A DNA stretch of 64,000 nucleotides from positions 62,001 to 126,000 of the forward strand of contig OU015569.1 in assembly GCA_907165135.1 (NCBI GenBank), in the 5' to 3' direction. The stretch is from Oikopleura dioica. Lineage: Eukaryota; Animalia; Chordata. The position numbers were made by a program, and so were the translations under genes. Below the pieces are notes generated by a model. The model saw nothing but the letters and a program-made list of their open reading frames with translations. It ran no database searches and had not been told where the DNA came from. The first letter of the stretch is position 1; each line of letters starts with the position of its first letter. This document shows positions 22,180 through 33,420 of the stretch, piece by piece.

Positions 22180-25011
22180 ATGGAGCGCTCCAACCGGACG
22201 ACCAGCTACGTCCTCGCAGACGACAAAAGAGAAGCGAAGCAGGTCATCGACGTGGATCGACTAGGAACAGGCTTGAAACCTTGGAAAAGGGGCATTTTGT
22301 TATTTCCATTTCAAACCTTTGAAAAGAGCCGAAATACGCGGCGCTGATAGAAAGATGCCGGGCCATCGAAGGCTGCTACATCGAGAACCTGAAGTGCTGC
22401 CACAAGATCTTCCAGAATCTGCGCAACTTCGGTGTGCACATCACCAAAATCCACCGCAGCATGGAGGACGACGTCAAAGCCGGCAAGACCTTCGCCTGCC
22501 ACATTTGCGAGGGGCGGACTTACAGAAGCACCTTCGCTCTTCAGCGGCACCTGAGAGAGACGCATCGAAGCATGGACCACAACTCGATCAGAAGAGCAGT
22601 CGAAAGGGCCAAAATTGCGCAAGAGAACGGCATTGCGCTCAATGAAGTGAGAACCTCCTCTTCCGACGAGGGAGATGGCGAAGACGATGTCGATGAAATG
22701 GAAGACGAGGACGATGATGATGATGATGAAAAAGAGAAGTGGAAGAAGAGCGCGAATTCGAAGATTCAGACGAGGAGGAGGAAGAAGATGAAGATGAAGA
22801 AGTGGAGGAAAACGAAGAAGCCGCTTCAGACAAGGAAATCTTCACTCCATATTCCGCCGCGGCAAAGGGAAAAAGAGCAGAGGGCGAAAACGCATCTCTT
22901 CGACGAATCCGAAAATGACGTATTGCGGCTTCTGCGACTTGTCCCTCTACAACGAGGCGGCCTTGAAGCGACACTGGCGCCAGAACCACCTCGAGTCCGA
23001 TTACAACGTAATGCTGAGCACGGAGACTTGCGACGTTTGCGAGAGCAAGCATCCGGATCCGCGGACGCTGGCCACGCACATGGCCAGAACGCACAAAGAC
23101 TACTGGATCTTTGACGCGTTTGGAAGACACAAGGACAATCCCAACTTCGAGGCGCCGAGTTTTGAAGGAAAGGCTTTCAAATTTTTTAACAACGAAGAAA
23201 ATTAGTTTTTTATGAAATTCGTGAAGATTAATACTCTCTCCGATAATCCCCTTTTTAAAAAATTCCAAAAGCCACTCTGAAGAAAATGAAAACATAGAAG
23301 AGAACTTCGTGATTCCGAGAAAATCCGACAGAAAGTCGAAAAAGTCTCTTTCCCAAGAAAACATCTCAAGTCTGGTAAGCTACAGTCTTAATTCTTCTTC
23401 TAACAAAATTCAAATTCAAGCGAAAGCTTCAAATCTCCAACGGCCAAAAGCAAAACCAAAATCAGTCGAATAGCGTCAAAAACGAAGTCGAAATCGTCAA
23501 ATTCGACTTCGACGGCGTCGAGGGAGAAGACGAAAGCGAGGAAATCGAAGAGATCGACACTTCCCTTTCGAATCAGGAAGAGAAGCTCCTTTCTGGCGAG
23601 TCCTTCTTCCTTGCCAACAAAAAGCGGGCTCGAAAGAAAGCGAAATCGGCACGAATATGAATGGAACGCTGATTCGCACCTGCTCCCTTTGCAAGACTCG
23701 GTTCAACGATGCTCCTCAATACAGGTAGACTGCAGCGACTCGATGGGTCGATTTCTGATTTTAGGGAACACATGAAAGCGGAGCACTCGGACGTCAACTG
23801 GGAAAAGATGCCGCAATTCGAATGTCCCGATTGTGGGAAAATGTTTTCCCAGCACTCGAATATGCGCCGCCACCATCGAATCCACACAGGTACCAGATCC
23901 ACTTTCACATTTTCATTTACCAAAGAGTCCCAGGCGAAAGTCTTTTCGATTGCAACATTTGCGGGCGAGGCTTCATCCAAAAAGTAGCGCTGCAGTATCA
24001 CCTGACTACGGTGCATTCTGGCGACTCGAACGAATGCAAAATATGCGGAAAATTCTTCAAAGACGCGCAAGATCTCAAAACGCACATCAGAGTTCATACA
24101 GGTACGCTTTCCTTGGAATTAGACTTATTTCTGCCTTTTAGGTCGAAAAGCAGGCTCATTCGTCAAAGAAATCGGAAAGAGCAAGGCTGCAAAGAAAGAA
24201 AGAGAGCAAAAGAAAGAGTCGAAAAGTGCGGAAGCGACGAACGGAAGTCCACAGCTAATCACTAATTCGCGGAAAAGGAAGAGAAGATCCGAAATCGAGC
24301 ATGTTCACGACGACGAGGAGGAGGAAGAAACTCCGAAGACCTACAGGTTAATACGCGTAAAAGAGCAAGTTTCTCTAGTGTAATGTTCAGTTGCCCAATT
24401 TGCACGAGAAACGTGGAATTCTCGCGCCGCGAATTCCTCGACCAGCACTTGCTCCACCACGAAGGTCGTCTCCACGGACGGCCGAGCGGCTTCCCGGCGA
24501 GCCGCTGCAAACGATTTCCTCTGAAAGTCAAAACCAAAGCAAGACCTGCCCGAAGTGCGGAATCAAGTATCAGCGACGACACGCAGACTGTCTGGCGATT
24601 CTTCAGCGCAAGCGACCGCGCCGCCCAGAGGTCGAAAGAGCCAACCACGAGAAAATGATGGAAGAACTCTACAAAAACTGCCCCTTCAAAATGAAACGAT
24701 CGAAAACGATGAGTAGCATTTTAAATGAAAGGTAAGGCCTTTGTTATTTTTGGGAAGCCGGATCGATGATGCTTTTGAAAGATTCGCTTTCGAATATTTG
24801 AACTGAAAATGACTTCAGCGAGGAAGACGAGCTGCTGGAACCGGCGCCAAAGCAGGAGCGAGTTCGACTCATTCCCCGCGAGTTCAGCTGCAAACGGATA
24901 GAAGGAACGAACTGCACATTCACGAGCAGAGTGGAGGCCATCTTCCGAGAACACATCCTCACCCACGTGACGGAAAAGCTAAAGAAAGAAGGACTCCTGG
25001 ACAATAATTAA
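22180..25011 (+). CDS. Multi-C2H2 zinc-finger protein with acidic linkers
   Basis: At least 7 C2H2-like fingers, e.g. FECPDCGKMFSQHSNMRRHHRIHTG and ECKICGKFFKDAQDLKTHIRVHTG, separated by short introns. Termini are approximate. Confidence 0.85.
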
Positions 25012-25328
25012 AGGAAAGACGCTAATATTCATTTTCACTGCACGAAAAAACACACTTAGAAAAACTGCCAATACAACCCAATCGCCTCTTGTTTCTTTCT
25101 CGAAGTTTTATGGCTTGTTTGTAATAGTTTCTTGTTTTCCAGAAAGAGCGATCTTGACGCTCTGACCGGGAGAGGAAATTTGAAGTGTTTATGTATTTCA
25201 TACGCCGGTTCAGTTTGTGAAGAATTCGCAGAAAAAGCTTTGAAGAAAAGTGCAAAAAGTGTATTTTCGAGGAATTGTGTTTTCTTTTTTTTTCGTGCGC
25301 TTGTTGGGAAAAGCAGCTATACTCGCAG

Positions 25329-27926
25329 CTAAATCGAATTGGGGAAATTCGAAAGCGTTTGAATCTGAACCTGGGAGTCATGGCGGTTGTTGCGGTTGCC
25401 GTCTCGGAGCTCGGCGACTTTGTTGTAAATTTCGTGCTGGTCGATGTTGGCAGGGGCGCGCGGGTTGAAGCTGCGCGCTGGTAAAGGAGCGCAGAGCACG
25501 TGGATGCAGTTGGACGGACAGGAGCCGCGGGAAAACGGATTCTAGCAGTTGACTTTTCAATCATAATAACATAAGATAGCATATGTAATTGGCTGAGTAT
25601 CGGGAAGCCGCTTGCGGCTTCGAGCAAAAGAAAACTCAAGCCGCTCAATGCACAGCTTTTCCAACTTTTTATTTGCTCGAAGCCGCAAGCGGCTTCTTGA
25701 TTGTAAGGGTACGCTTTACGAAAAAGTTGAAGCTCTTACCCTGGCTGCTCTGTTCTTCTTCCACGATCCCTTGATGTCTTCATTGGTCGTGGTGTTGGTG
25801 GAGGTTAGGTAGGTGTGGAAACAAGTGAGGCCGACCACAGACCTGAAAAGTTTGCATTTAGCAATTTGTTATTCTGTGATTTTAAACTCCAGAAGAGGAA
25901 AAGACGTAAATTCCGACTTTGATTGACCTTAATGCTCGGCCTGGCATACGGCAGGACTGACTCGATCGATGCTAATGAGATGAACTCGAGAAACAACATT
26001 TTTTTCCAAAAAAAGAAAAAAAGTGAATAAAGCTAAATAAGCTATTTCCATGTCAGAGGAAGTTTTAAACATAGACGAACTTGGGAACTACGAAGTTGAA
26101 AATAGTGAAAATGAAGAGAGCGCTTTTTCGGATTTTATCAGGTCTGGCCGAATTTTTGGAAGGCGAAAAATGATTTCCCGTAAACTTGTCTTCAGAGAAA
26201 TTTCGGCACCGCTGGCAGTGGCGATTCCAGCCATTGCGGGGGTGCTCATCGCCTGCGTTATTCTTTTTTGCTACAAAGCCTTCATCGACAAAATGAACAC
26301 TCCGGTTGGCGGCTTCTCGATTATTTTAAATCAACAATAGTTGAATTCGTAAAGAAGCCGGTAAATAGAACACAAGCAACGCTAGCCGAACGCAGTCGGA
26401 CTTTCATTCGGATTCGAAGTCAACGAAAATACAGGTTTGAACTGAACTGGATAACCTGTGTAGAAAACCTGAGTCAGGGACCAGAAAGACATATGTTAGT
26501 ATCGGCGCTAACGGAAGCTTTGCGGCTTGATTTTTTTCAAAAGCCGCGTAAAAAAGCTTTTTCAGGACCCTGACTCAGGTTTTCGACGCAAGTTGCCGAA
26601 CCCAGATTTTAAGACCATTGCTAATTTTGAATAACTTTCAGTCTCAAATCTGACGAAGACCCTCTTTTAGCTAAAAAAACAACCCTTTCGTTTCTTTTAC
26701 TGGAACAGTCCTCGTTGTTTTCAAATAAAAATAAAACTCACCAAATTGAAAAGAAGCTAACGAATATTTCAAATGCGGAAGGCCAGGATTCTTGAAGCGC
26801 GGCGAGTATTTCTCCTTCGTACTTGTCCTTCGAGAGAATCATCAAGTTCATCAAGGAGCAGGAGAAGATTAATAAGCATAGGCACTAGAATCGGGTTTCG
26901 AATTTCGGGCAAACAAAACTTGAATTTAGCGCTATTCGATATCTGGTTGGCTCATTTGGTCAATCGAGCCTTTTGATTGGTCAAAATGAAGTACTTTTTA
27001 AAACCCGTGGCGAAAGTGAGGCGAGGAATAAATAGAAGTAGCGATAATTGCGGCGGCCGATGCAGTTTCCAACCTAAATTTCACAGATTCTCTCAAGAAG
27101 AAGATGAAGAGTAGCTCACCCATGGGCAGTGATGATCGAATCTGTCGACGCAGTTGTCGCAAATCGAGCAGTGGGAAGACCGTGGCGGGCGGAAGATTTT
27201 GCAAGTGAAGCAGTATTTCTGCTTCATCGTCACTCCGTTGATTTCGATCTCTTGCACGCGCGGCTAAACAGAAATTTGAAGTAATTTCGAGGCGTGGTTT
27301 TGAATTACCGGTGGTTTGTAGCCAGTGTAGCCGTTTTTGCGCACGTCGGCGTCGATCAGTTGGCGCTCGACTTGCGCGCTTTGGGAAGAGGAAGCTCGTG
27401 GAATTATGCCTGGGTCAGAAAACGAAGTCCGGAACAACATCAGCATCACGAAGAAGTAGAGCAGCAGACAGGCGAAGAGCATGTACACGCCGTACTAAAT
27501 GGAATTGTCAGATTGTGGTCACAATCAAGAACTGCATTTGCCTCCTATTTAACGAAGTAAAACCCTTATTTTCTTCCACCAGCAAGCGGGTTCTCTAGTT
27601 ATAAGATGGAGAAAAATAAGGGTGTTACTTTGTTAACTTTGAAAACTGCAAAAGAGAACTGATCAATCAAAAATTGAGTTTCACCGACCGGTTGATCGCG
27701 AAGAGTAATGCGGTAGTCGTTGAAGAGGAAGAGTCCAGTCGTCAAGCTAATAAGAGATGCTGTGATGCACAAGACGGTCTTGTCGTTCGCCGTGATCAGC
27801 CGCCCGTCGCAGTAGAACGTGTTCTTCCCCGGAAACACTTCCCATGCCTGAAACGAGCGAATAAAATTCCAACTTTTCAAAGTAGACTGTTCTTACTTTT
27901 CTGGGCGCTCGTTTGGATGGCTTCAT
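25329..27926 (-). CDS. ZDHHC9: DHHC palmitoyltransferase, ZDHHC9/14/18 group
   Basis: [75 protein letters not shown] and NPFSRG. Confidence 0.9.
25604..25696. repeat. Family C palindrome (AAGCCGC/GCGGCTT modules)
   Basis: gaagccgcttgcggcttcgagcaaa ... tttgctcgaagccgcaagcggcttc, a perfect 25-bp inverted repeat inside a ZDHHC9 intron. Confidence 0.8.
26050..26340 (+). CDS. Possible small single-pass membrane protein nested antisense in a ZDHHC9 intron
   Basis: Acidic N-terminus, a 54-nt in-frame GT-AG candidate intron (26142-26195), then the hydrophobic helix [21 protein letters not shown] followed by K. The 3' end is unclear. Confidence 0.4.
   Translation: MSEEVLNIDELGNYEVENSENEESAFSDFIRSGRIFGRRKMISRKLVFREISAPLAVAIPAIAGVLIACVILFCYKAFIDKMNTPVGGFSIILNQQ
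26442..26605. mobile_element. Family A MITE copy
   Basis: Inverted CCTGAGTCAGGG arms with an AAGCCGC-containing spacer, in ZDHHC9 intron 25843-26741. Confidence 0.8.
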
Positions 27927-28410
27927 CGCCGAAAGAATCAAGTCGCTAGCCCCATTCTTCCGTTGTCAAATTTAACTTCTCTGAAATCAAAAAATAAAAG
28001 ATATAAAATTAAAAAAAAAATCTGGCGGAGATCGGAATTTTGCGAAATTATCGATCAGTAATCGATAATTCGGGCCAGTCAGAAATGAATAGAAATGGAA
28101 CAGAAGAAAAATAATAAAACGAAGCCATGAATATTTCATTTTCTCGCCTCGCTCGGAAAAAAATAATAATAATAAATAGTTTTAAAACTTTCGCTTCTTT
28201 TTCTTCTCTGGCGAAAATGGAATGTATCGATTTTCGACGACCAAGTTCAATTCTGTCTGTCTGGTAGACAGTCTAGCGATCTTAAGTGTCTAGCAGTCTA
28301 AAAAATAAAATGATAGAGAAAAGGTCGAAAATCGTTAATTTTGCTAAAAAATAATAATCAGAAAGGTTCTTAAAAAAATAGAAAATGAATATCAAAGAAA
28401 GGGGCAGTGA

Positions 28411-28530
28411 CTGGGCTCGAAAACCTGTGTGGAAACCTGAGTCAGGGTCCTGAAAGAGCAGATTTTTAAAAATACAATGGTTATCTTTCAGCACCCTTAC
28501 TCAGGTTTCTACGCAGGGTTCTGAGCCCAG
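28411..28530. mobile_element. Family A MITE copy with 8-bp TSD GGCAGTGA
   Basis: ggcagtga at 28403-28410 and 28531-28538 flanks ctgggctcg...gagcccag. Confidence 0.9.
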
Positions 28531-28565
28531 GGCAGTGAGAAATAGTTTCTCAATAGTTATTTTTT

Positions 28566-30558
28566 TCAATCCTTCTTGAATTGGTTGATTTTCTCCAATT
28601 TCGAAAAGCTGGCAAATACGCCGCATTGGAAGAGGAAGTCGTTGAGCTTGTCGAAGACGAAGGCGAAAACTGAAGACATAGAAGACTAACAAAAAAGAAT
28701 TGTGATGCTACCTGTGAAAAACGCCATGTATTGAATAAATCTATATTTAATCGAGCTCCAAGTACTGGCTTCGCGCTGGACGGACATGGTGGCCAATTCA
28801 TAATTCACTGTAACTTTATGTTAGAAACGCACTAATACTCGCAAGGTTGACTAATAACTGTACTTAGAACAATGCGTTCTAGAAGCACGAACATAAAGAA
28901 GAATAAAAAGGATTAAACTCTAATCTCGTAATTTAAACGAGAGCTGAGCTCGAGAACCTGCGTGAAAACCTGAGTCAGGGTCTCGAAAGAGTTTCATGTA
29001 GAGCCGCGTAGCGGCTATTTTTCAATAACGAGACCGCAAAGCGGCTTCGCCAAAATAATCATCTCTATCTCTTTTGAATCGTTCAGGACCCTGACTCAGG
29101 TTTCTACACAGGATTTCGCTCTTATGTTTACTTTTGCAGTGAATTTTTGACCACTAGAAAGTCCTACTTGTAAGCTGAAAAGAGCCGTCTGAGCCAGCAG
29201 TCCAGCGGGTTTGATGATGTGACTCGTCGAATCTGATGTTTCTCCTTGTTTGATTCTTCAACGCTTCTTCTCCGTTCCAAAGAGAAGGAGAAACGGATGG
29301 GAGAAAAGCAGGCGAGATGTTTACTCCTTTGGCAGGCAGCAGGGCGCTAAGAGTTTGTAGAATAAAATTGATAATAAGATATTGTATAATAGATTGAAAT
29401 GGTACTATTTGAAGCAAAGCTCTTTTTGATCCTGACTCAGGCTTGCTACACAGGTTTCCGAGCCCTGCTGAGAAGACTGCTTCGATGAGTGATTGATGCT
29501 AATAAATTACCTATTTGGATGTTCTCTTGAAGTGGCGAATTGGTTTAGGCGAATGTGAGAATTCGTTTCGGCACTTATCGACGGGTTGTTTGAATAGTCA
29601 GACGTAAGAATAAGTTGATTGATAAATTCGCTCTCTTTTGAGAAGCCAGGCATTTTCATTTTCAGGTAGCTGTACAGCTCGAAACCGATCACATCTCCGA
29701 CTGAGCACGAGTAGGAGACCTGAAACGACGATGAAAATTTCGCGCTTCTTAATTCGGTTAATTCGGATTCATTTTATTATTAAAATAAAAGGCCGAAATA
29801 TATAAGCCGAAAATCTTGAAAACGAGACTTTTTGCGGCTTCAAGATTTTGCGGCTTAGAAGTTAGAATTATTCGAGTGGCGCTAACCTCTTATTTCAATA
29901 ATAATATAGATCCAAAAAAGTATTCTCTAGTGTAGTAGCTTGCCTTAATTCTGGAGAGGTAGCTGTAATCAGGCTGGATGGTGGTTGAGCAAAGAGCTCT
30001 GTCACTCAAATCAGCCAAGTCTGCGACGCCAGGGGAATAGATTACACTTTCTCCTCAAAACAGCGATACACAATTTTTCATCTTCAAGAAAAAATAATGT
30101 GTGGAATTGTGGATTTCCGTTCCTGAAAAAGTGTGAAGAAGGAGGACTGATTCTTTGGAGTGCTGAAGTTCCGGAGCGACGAAATCGGTCGTTATCGAGG
30201 AATTGACCTGGTCCACGTGATAGATGATCAGCAGTGGCAAGACCAAGACCACAAGAAAGCCAATGATCAGGTACAGAAGCGGAAACGAGAGACCTTGAAT
30301 GAAGAGTAGAAAAAGGACCTCCAAAAGCAAAATTGTTTATTTTCTTCAAATTTAGTCGAAAATTGAACTTTCTAGTAAAAAAAAAAGTCGACCAATATTT
30401 GAAAAAGTCGATATTTTTTGTCGAAAAGTCGAAGTTTTAGTCAAAAATGTCAGGATTTTGGTCCGAAAATTCAGAATTTTCGTCGTTTCTTTATACAAAA
30501 AATTACCTTTTGAATACGAAAAATGATTAATCTTCAAATTCCTCCTCCAGAGCAGCAT
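28566..30558 (-). CDS. Putative type II membrane protein of unknown function (multi-exon)
   Basis: Long N-terminal hydrophobic segment (30330-30240), then several open exon-like blocks with GT/AG edges, ending FVFDKLNDFLFQCG...KKD*. No family recognised; the start is uncertain. Confidence 0.45.
28946..29121. mobile_element. Family A MITE copy
   Basis: Inverted CCTGAGTCAGGG arms; the spacer contains gagccgc/gcggct modules. Confidence 0.8.
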
Positions 30559-30780
30559 TCTTCTCGTCCGTTTACGAAAGGTTCTCTTGTGTACTTCTGG
30601 CGAGTTCTCGAATTCTCGAAACAATCGAGTAAAAACTGGAAAATCTTTCCCCAGCGCGCGCTGATTGGCCAGCGCCCCCTTTCCAAAAACCAGCAAGAGA
30701 AAATTGCATTTCAGAGGCTTTTTTTTTAAATGCGAAAATAGGAGAAAAAATTTAATGGAAATGATTTTAGATTTGAAAAA

Positions 30781-33172
30781 ATGCTTCGAAACGGCGCTTC
30801 AAAAGTCGTCCAGCGAATTTCGCAGCTTCGAGGGGCCAAAGATCTCGTTTTCGGACAAGACGCAAGAAAGGAAATTCTAGCTGGAGTGAATCTGCTCGCC
30901 GATGCCGTCGAAACGACCATGGGGCCAAAGGGAAATACAGTCATCATCGAACAGAGCTGGGGCGGACCCAAAATTACCAAGGTTAGTTTCAAATGTTTTT
31001 TAATTAATATTTGTTGTCATATAAGTCTGAGTAGTTGCCAAGATATTTTTCTTACTTATTAAAAATGAATAAGGGGTCTCCATTGTTAAATGACATTCTA
31101 ACGGGCAAATTCTCTCTGTTATATCTGGTCACCAATCTCTCTTTGACGTTACCTTGGCGGTTAACTTGGTGACCCCCAAATGAATTTCCCCGTAAAAAGA
31201 GGGGACTCCAATTTTATCGTAATCAAAACAAATCAGTAATACTAAGTTTTATTCTAATTTAGTGCATCTTTTCGTTACTCTATTTTCTCTTTCAAAAAAT
31301 GATTTTCGTTGAACTGTTTTTTTGTAAGGACGGCGTGTCAGTGGCAAAAGCGATTGATTTGGAAGACGCGACTCAGAACATCGGCGTCAAGCTCGTCCAG
31401 AACGTGGCTAATAACACGAACGAGAACGCTGGAGACGGAACTACTTCGGCCACGGTCTTGGCGCGCGCGATTTTGAACGAAGGACTCAAGAAAATCGAAA
31501 ACGGGGCGAATGGAACTGATGTCCGAAGAGGAGTTCAGAAGGCGCTAAAAGTCGTTTTGCAGGAATTGGACAACATGGCTATTCCAGGCAAAAGGGTTGA
31601 AAAAATTGAGAAGGACGAATTCCCAGAGGAGCTTTTTATTTGTCAACCCTTTAAAAGTTATTTCCAACGAAGAAATTTGCCAAGTCGCGACTATTTCTGC
31701 AAATGGCGACTCCTCCGTCGGCGAGTTAATTGCCGCTGCTATGGCCAAAGTTGGACCCCGCGGCGTCGTCACTGTCAAGGACGGAAAAACCCTGACCGAC
31801 GAGTTGGAAGTGATTGAAGGAATGAAGTTCGACCGGGGTTACATCTCGCCCTTCTTCGTCACCGAAACCAAAGGCCTCAAGTGCATTTACGAGAACGCGA
31901 TGGTTCTTTTGAGCGAAAAGAAGATCTCCGACGTTCAGCCACTCGTTCCCGCCCTCGAAGCTGCTGCTAGATCCGGAAAGCCGCTGATCATTATCGCCGA
32001 GGACATCGACGGATCGGCCATCCAGGCGCTCGTGCTCAACCGACTCAAAGGCGGGCTCAAGGTCGTCGCGGTCAAGGCGCCCGGCTTTGGCGACAACAGA
32101 AAGAACACGATCCAGGATCTCGCCTGCGCCACTGGCGGACACGTCTTCGGCACCGAAGTCGGCAAGAAACTGGAAGAGTGCACGCTCGAGGATCTCGGCA
32201 ACGTCGCCGAAGTCACCATCACCAAGGACGACACATTGATGCTGGGCGGCAAGGGCGACAAAGACCAGATCGAGCACCGCTGCCGATCGATCTTGGAGCA
32301 GATGGAAGACACCACCTCCGAGTACGAGCGCGAGAAGCTGAACGAGCGACTGGCCCGATTGTCGGACGGCGTTGCTGCGTTGAAGATCGGCGGTGCGAGC
32401 GAAGTCGAACAGGGCGAGAAGAAGGATAGAGTCGAGGACGCTCTCAACGCGACTAGATGCGCCATCGAAGGCGGTATGGTCCCTGGCGGTGGAGTTGCCC
32501 TTCTCCGTTGCATTCCCGCCCTCGCCAATGTCGAAGTTAACAACAAGGACGAGCAGATCGGAGTTGACATCATCAGCCGAGCGATCAGGTAAGAGCGATT
32601 ACCATATCAGTGTTTCCAGCGGAAAACCCGCGGTTTTTAATCTTGGAATTGATTAATCCTGGCTAATGACGAAAACCGGAAGCGTCTGAGCTCGACTCCT
32701 TCCATACTACTACTACAACTCAGGAGTCGAGCAAAAGACGACTCTACACTTGAACAGAAGCCACCAATTTTTTATCTCTTTCTCGCTACGGACTGTGCTA
32801 AAGATCGACAAAACTAAAAGCTTGTTTTCAGAAAACCATGCGAAACGATTGCTAATAATGCTGGCGTTGAAGGACGAACTGTTGTTGAAAAGATCATGGC
32901 CGGTGCGGCTGGATACAACGCACACACGGACGAGTTTGTTGATATGATTGCTAATGGAATTGTTGATCCTGCCAAGGTCAGTTGCTATAATTGCTTTCTT
33001 GCAGTAAACTCGGTGTTAAGGTTGTGAAGCAGTCGTTGACAGATGCTGCTGGAGTCGCTTCTTTGATGACGACTGCTGAATGCATCATCACTGAAATCAA
33101 GGAAGACGCTCCAGCGATGCCCCCATGGGAGGCATGGGCGGTGGAATGGGCGGAATGGGAGGCATGATGTAA
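30781..33172 (+). CDS. HSPD1: Mitochondrial chaperonin HSP60
   Basis: [48 protein letters not shown] and a GGM tail that is one base out of frame at a C5 run. Includes GC-AG intron 31588-31657. Confidence 0.97.
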
Positions 33173-33420
33173 CTCAACCCGCTTCTGGCTGAAATTTAGG
33201 CGAATAAAATCTGAAAACGCAAGAAAGAAAAAATAGAAAAATTATAAAATATAATTCCTGCCCGATAATCTTCTTTTGATCTTGCTCGAGAAAACAATAC
33301 ACTACTAAATTATTAAATAAAACTTGTGTTTGTCTCTCTCTTTCTCAACCTCGAATGTCTAGAATGCCGATTTAATAACAGAATAAACAAAAAGTGTTGT
33401 TCTTTTCGCAGCGGTTAGAA

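Noticed and set aside
30781-33172. Bacterial groEL or horizontal transfer
   Set aside because: The gene has spliceosomal introns and a mitochondrial presequence-like N-terminus, so it is an ordinary nuclear HSP60.
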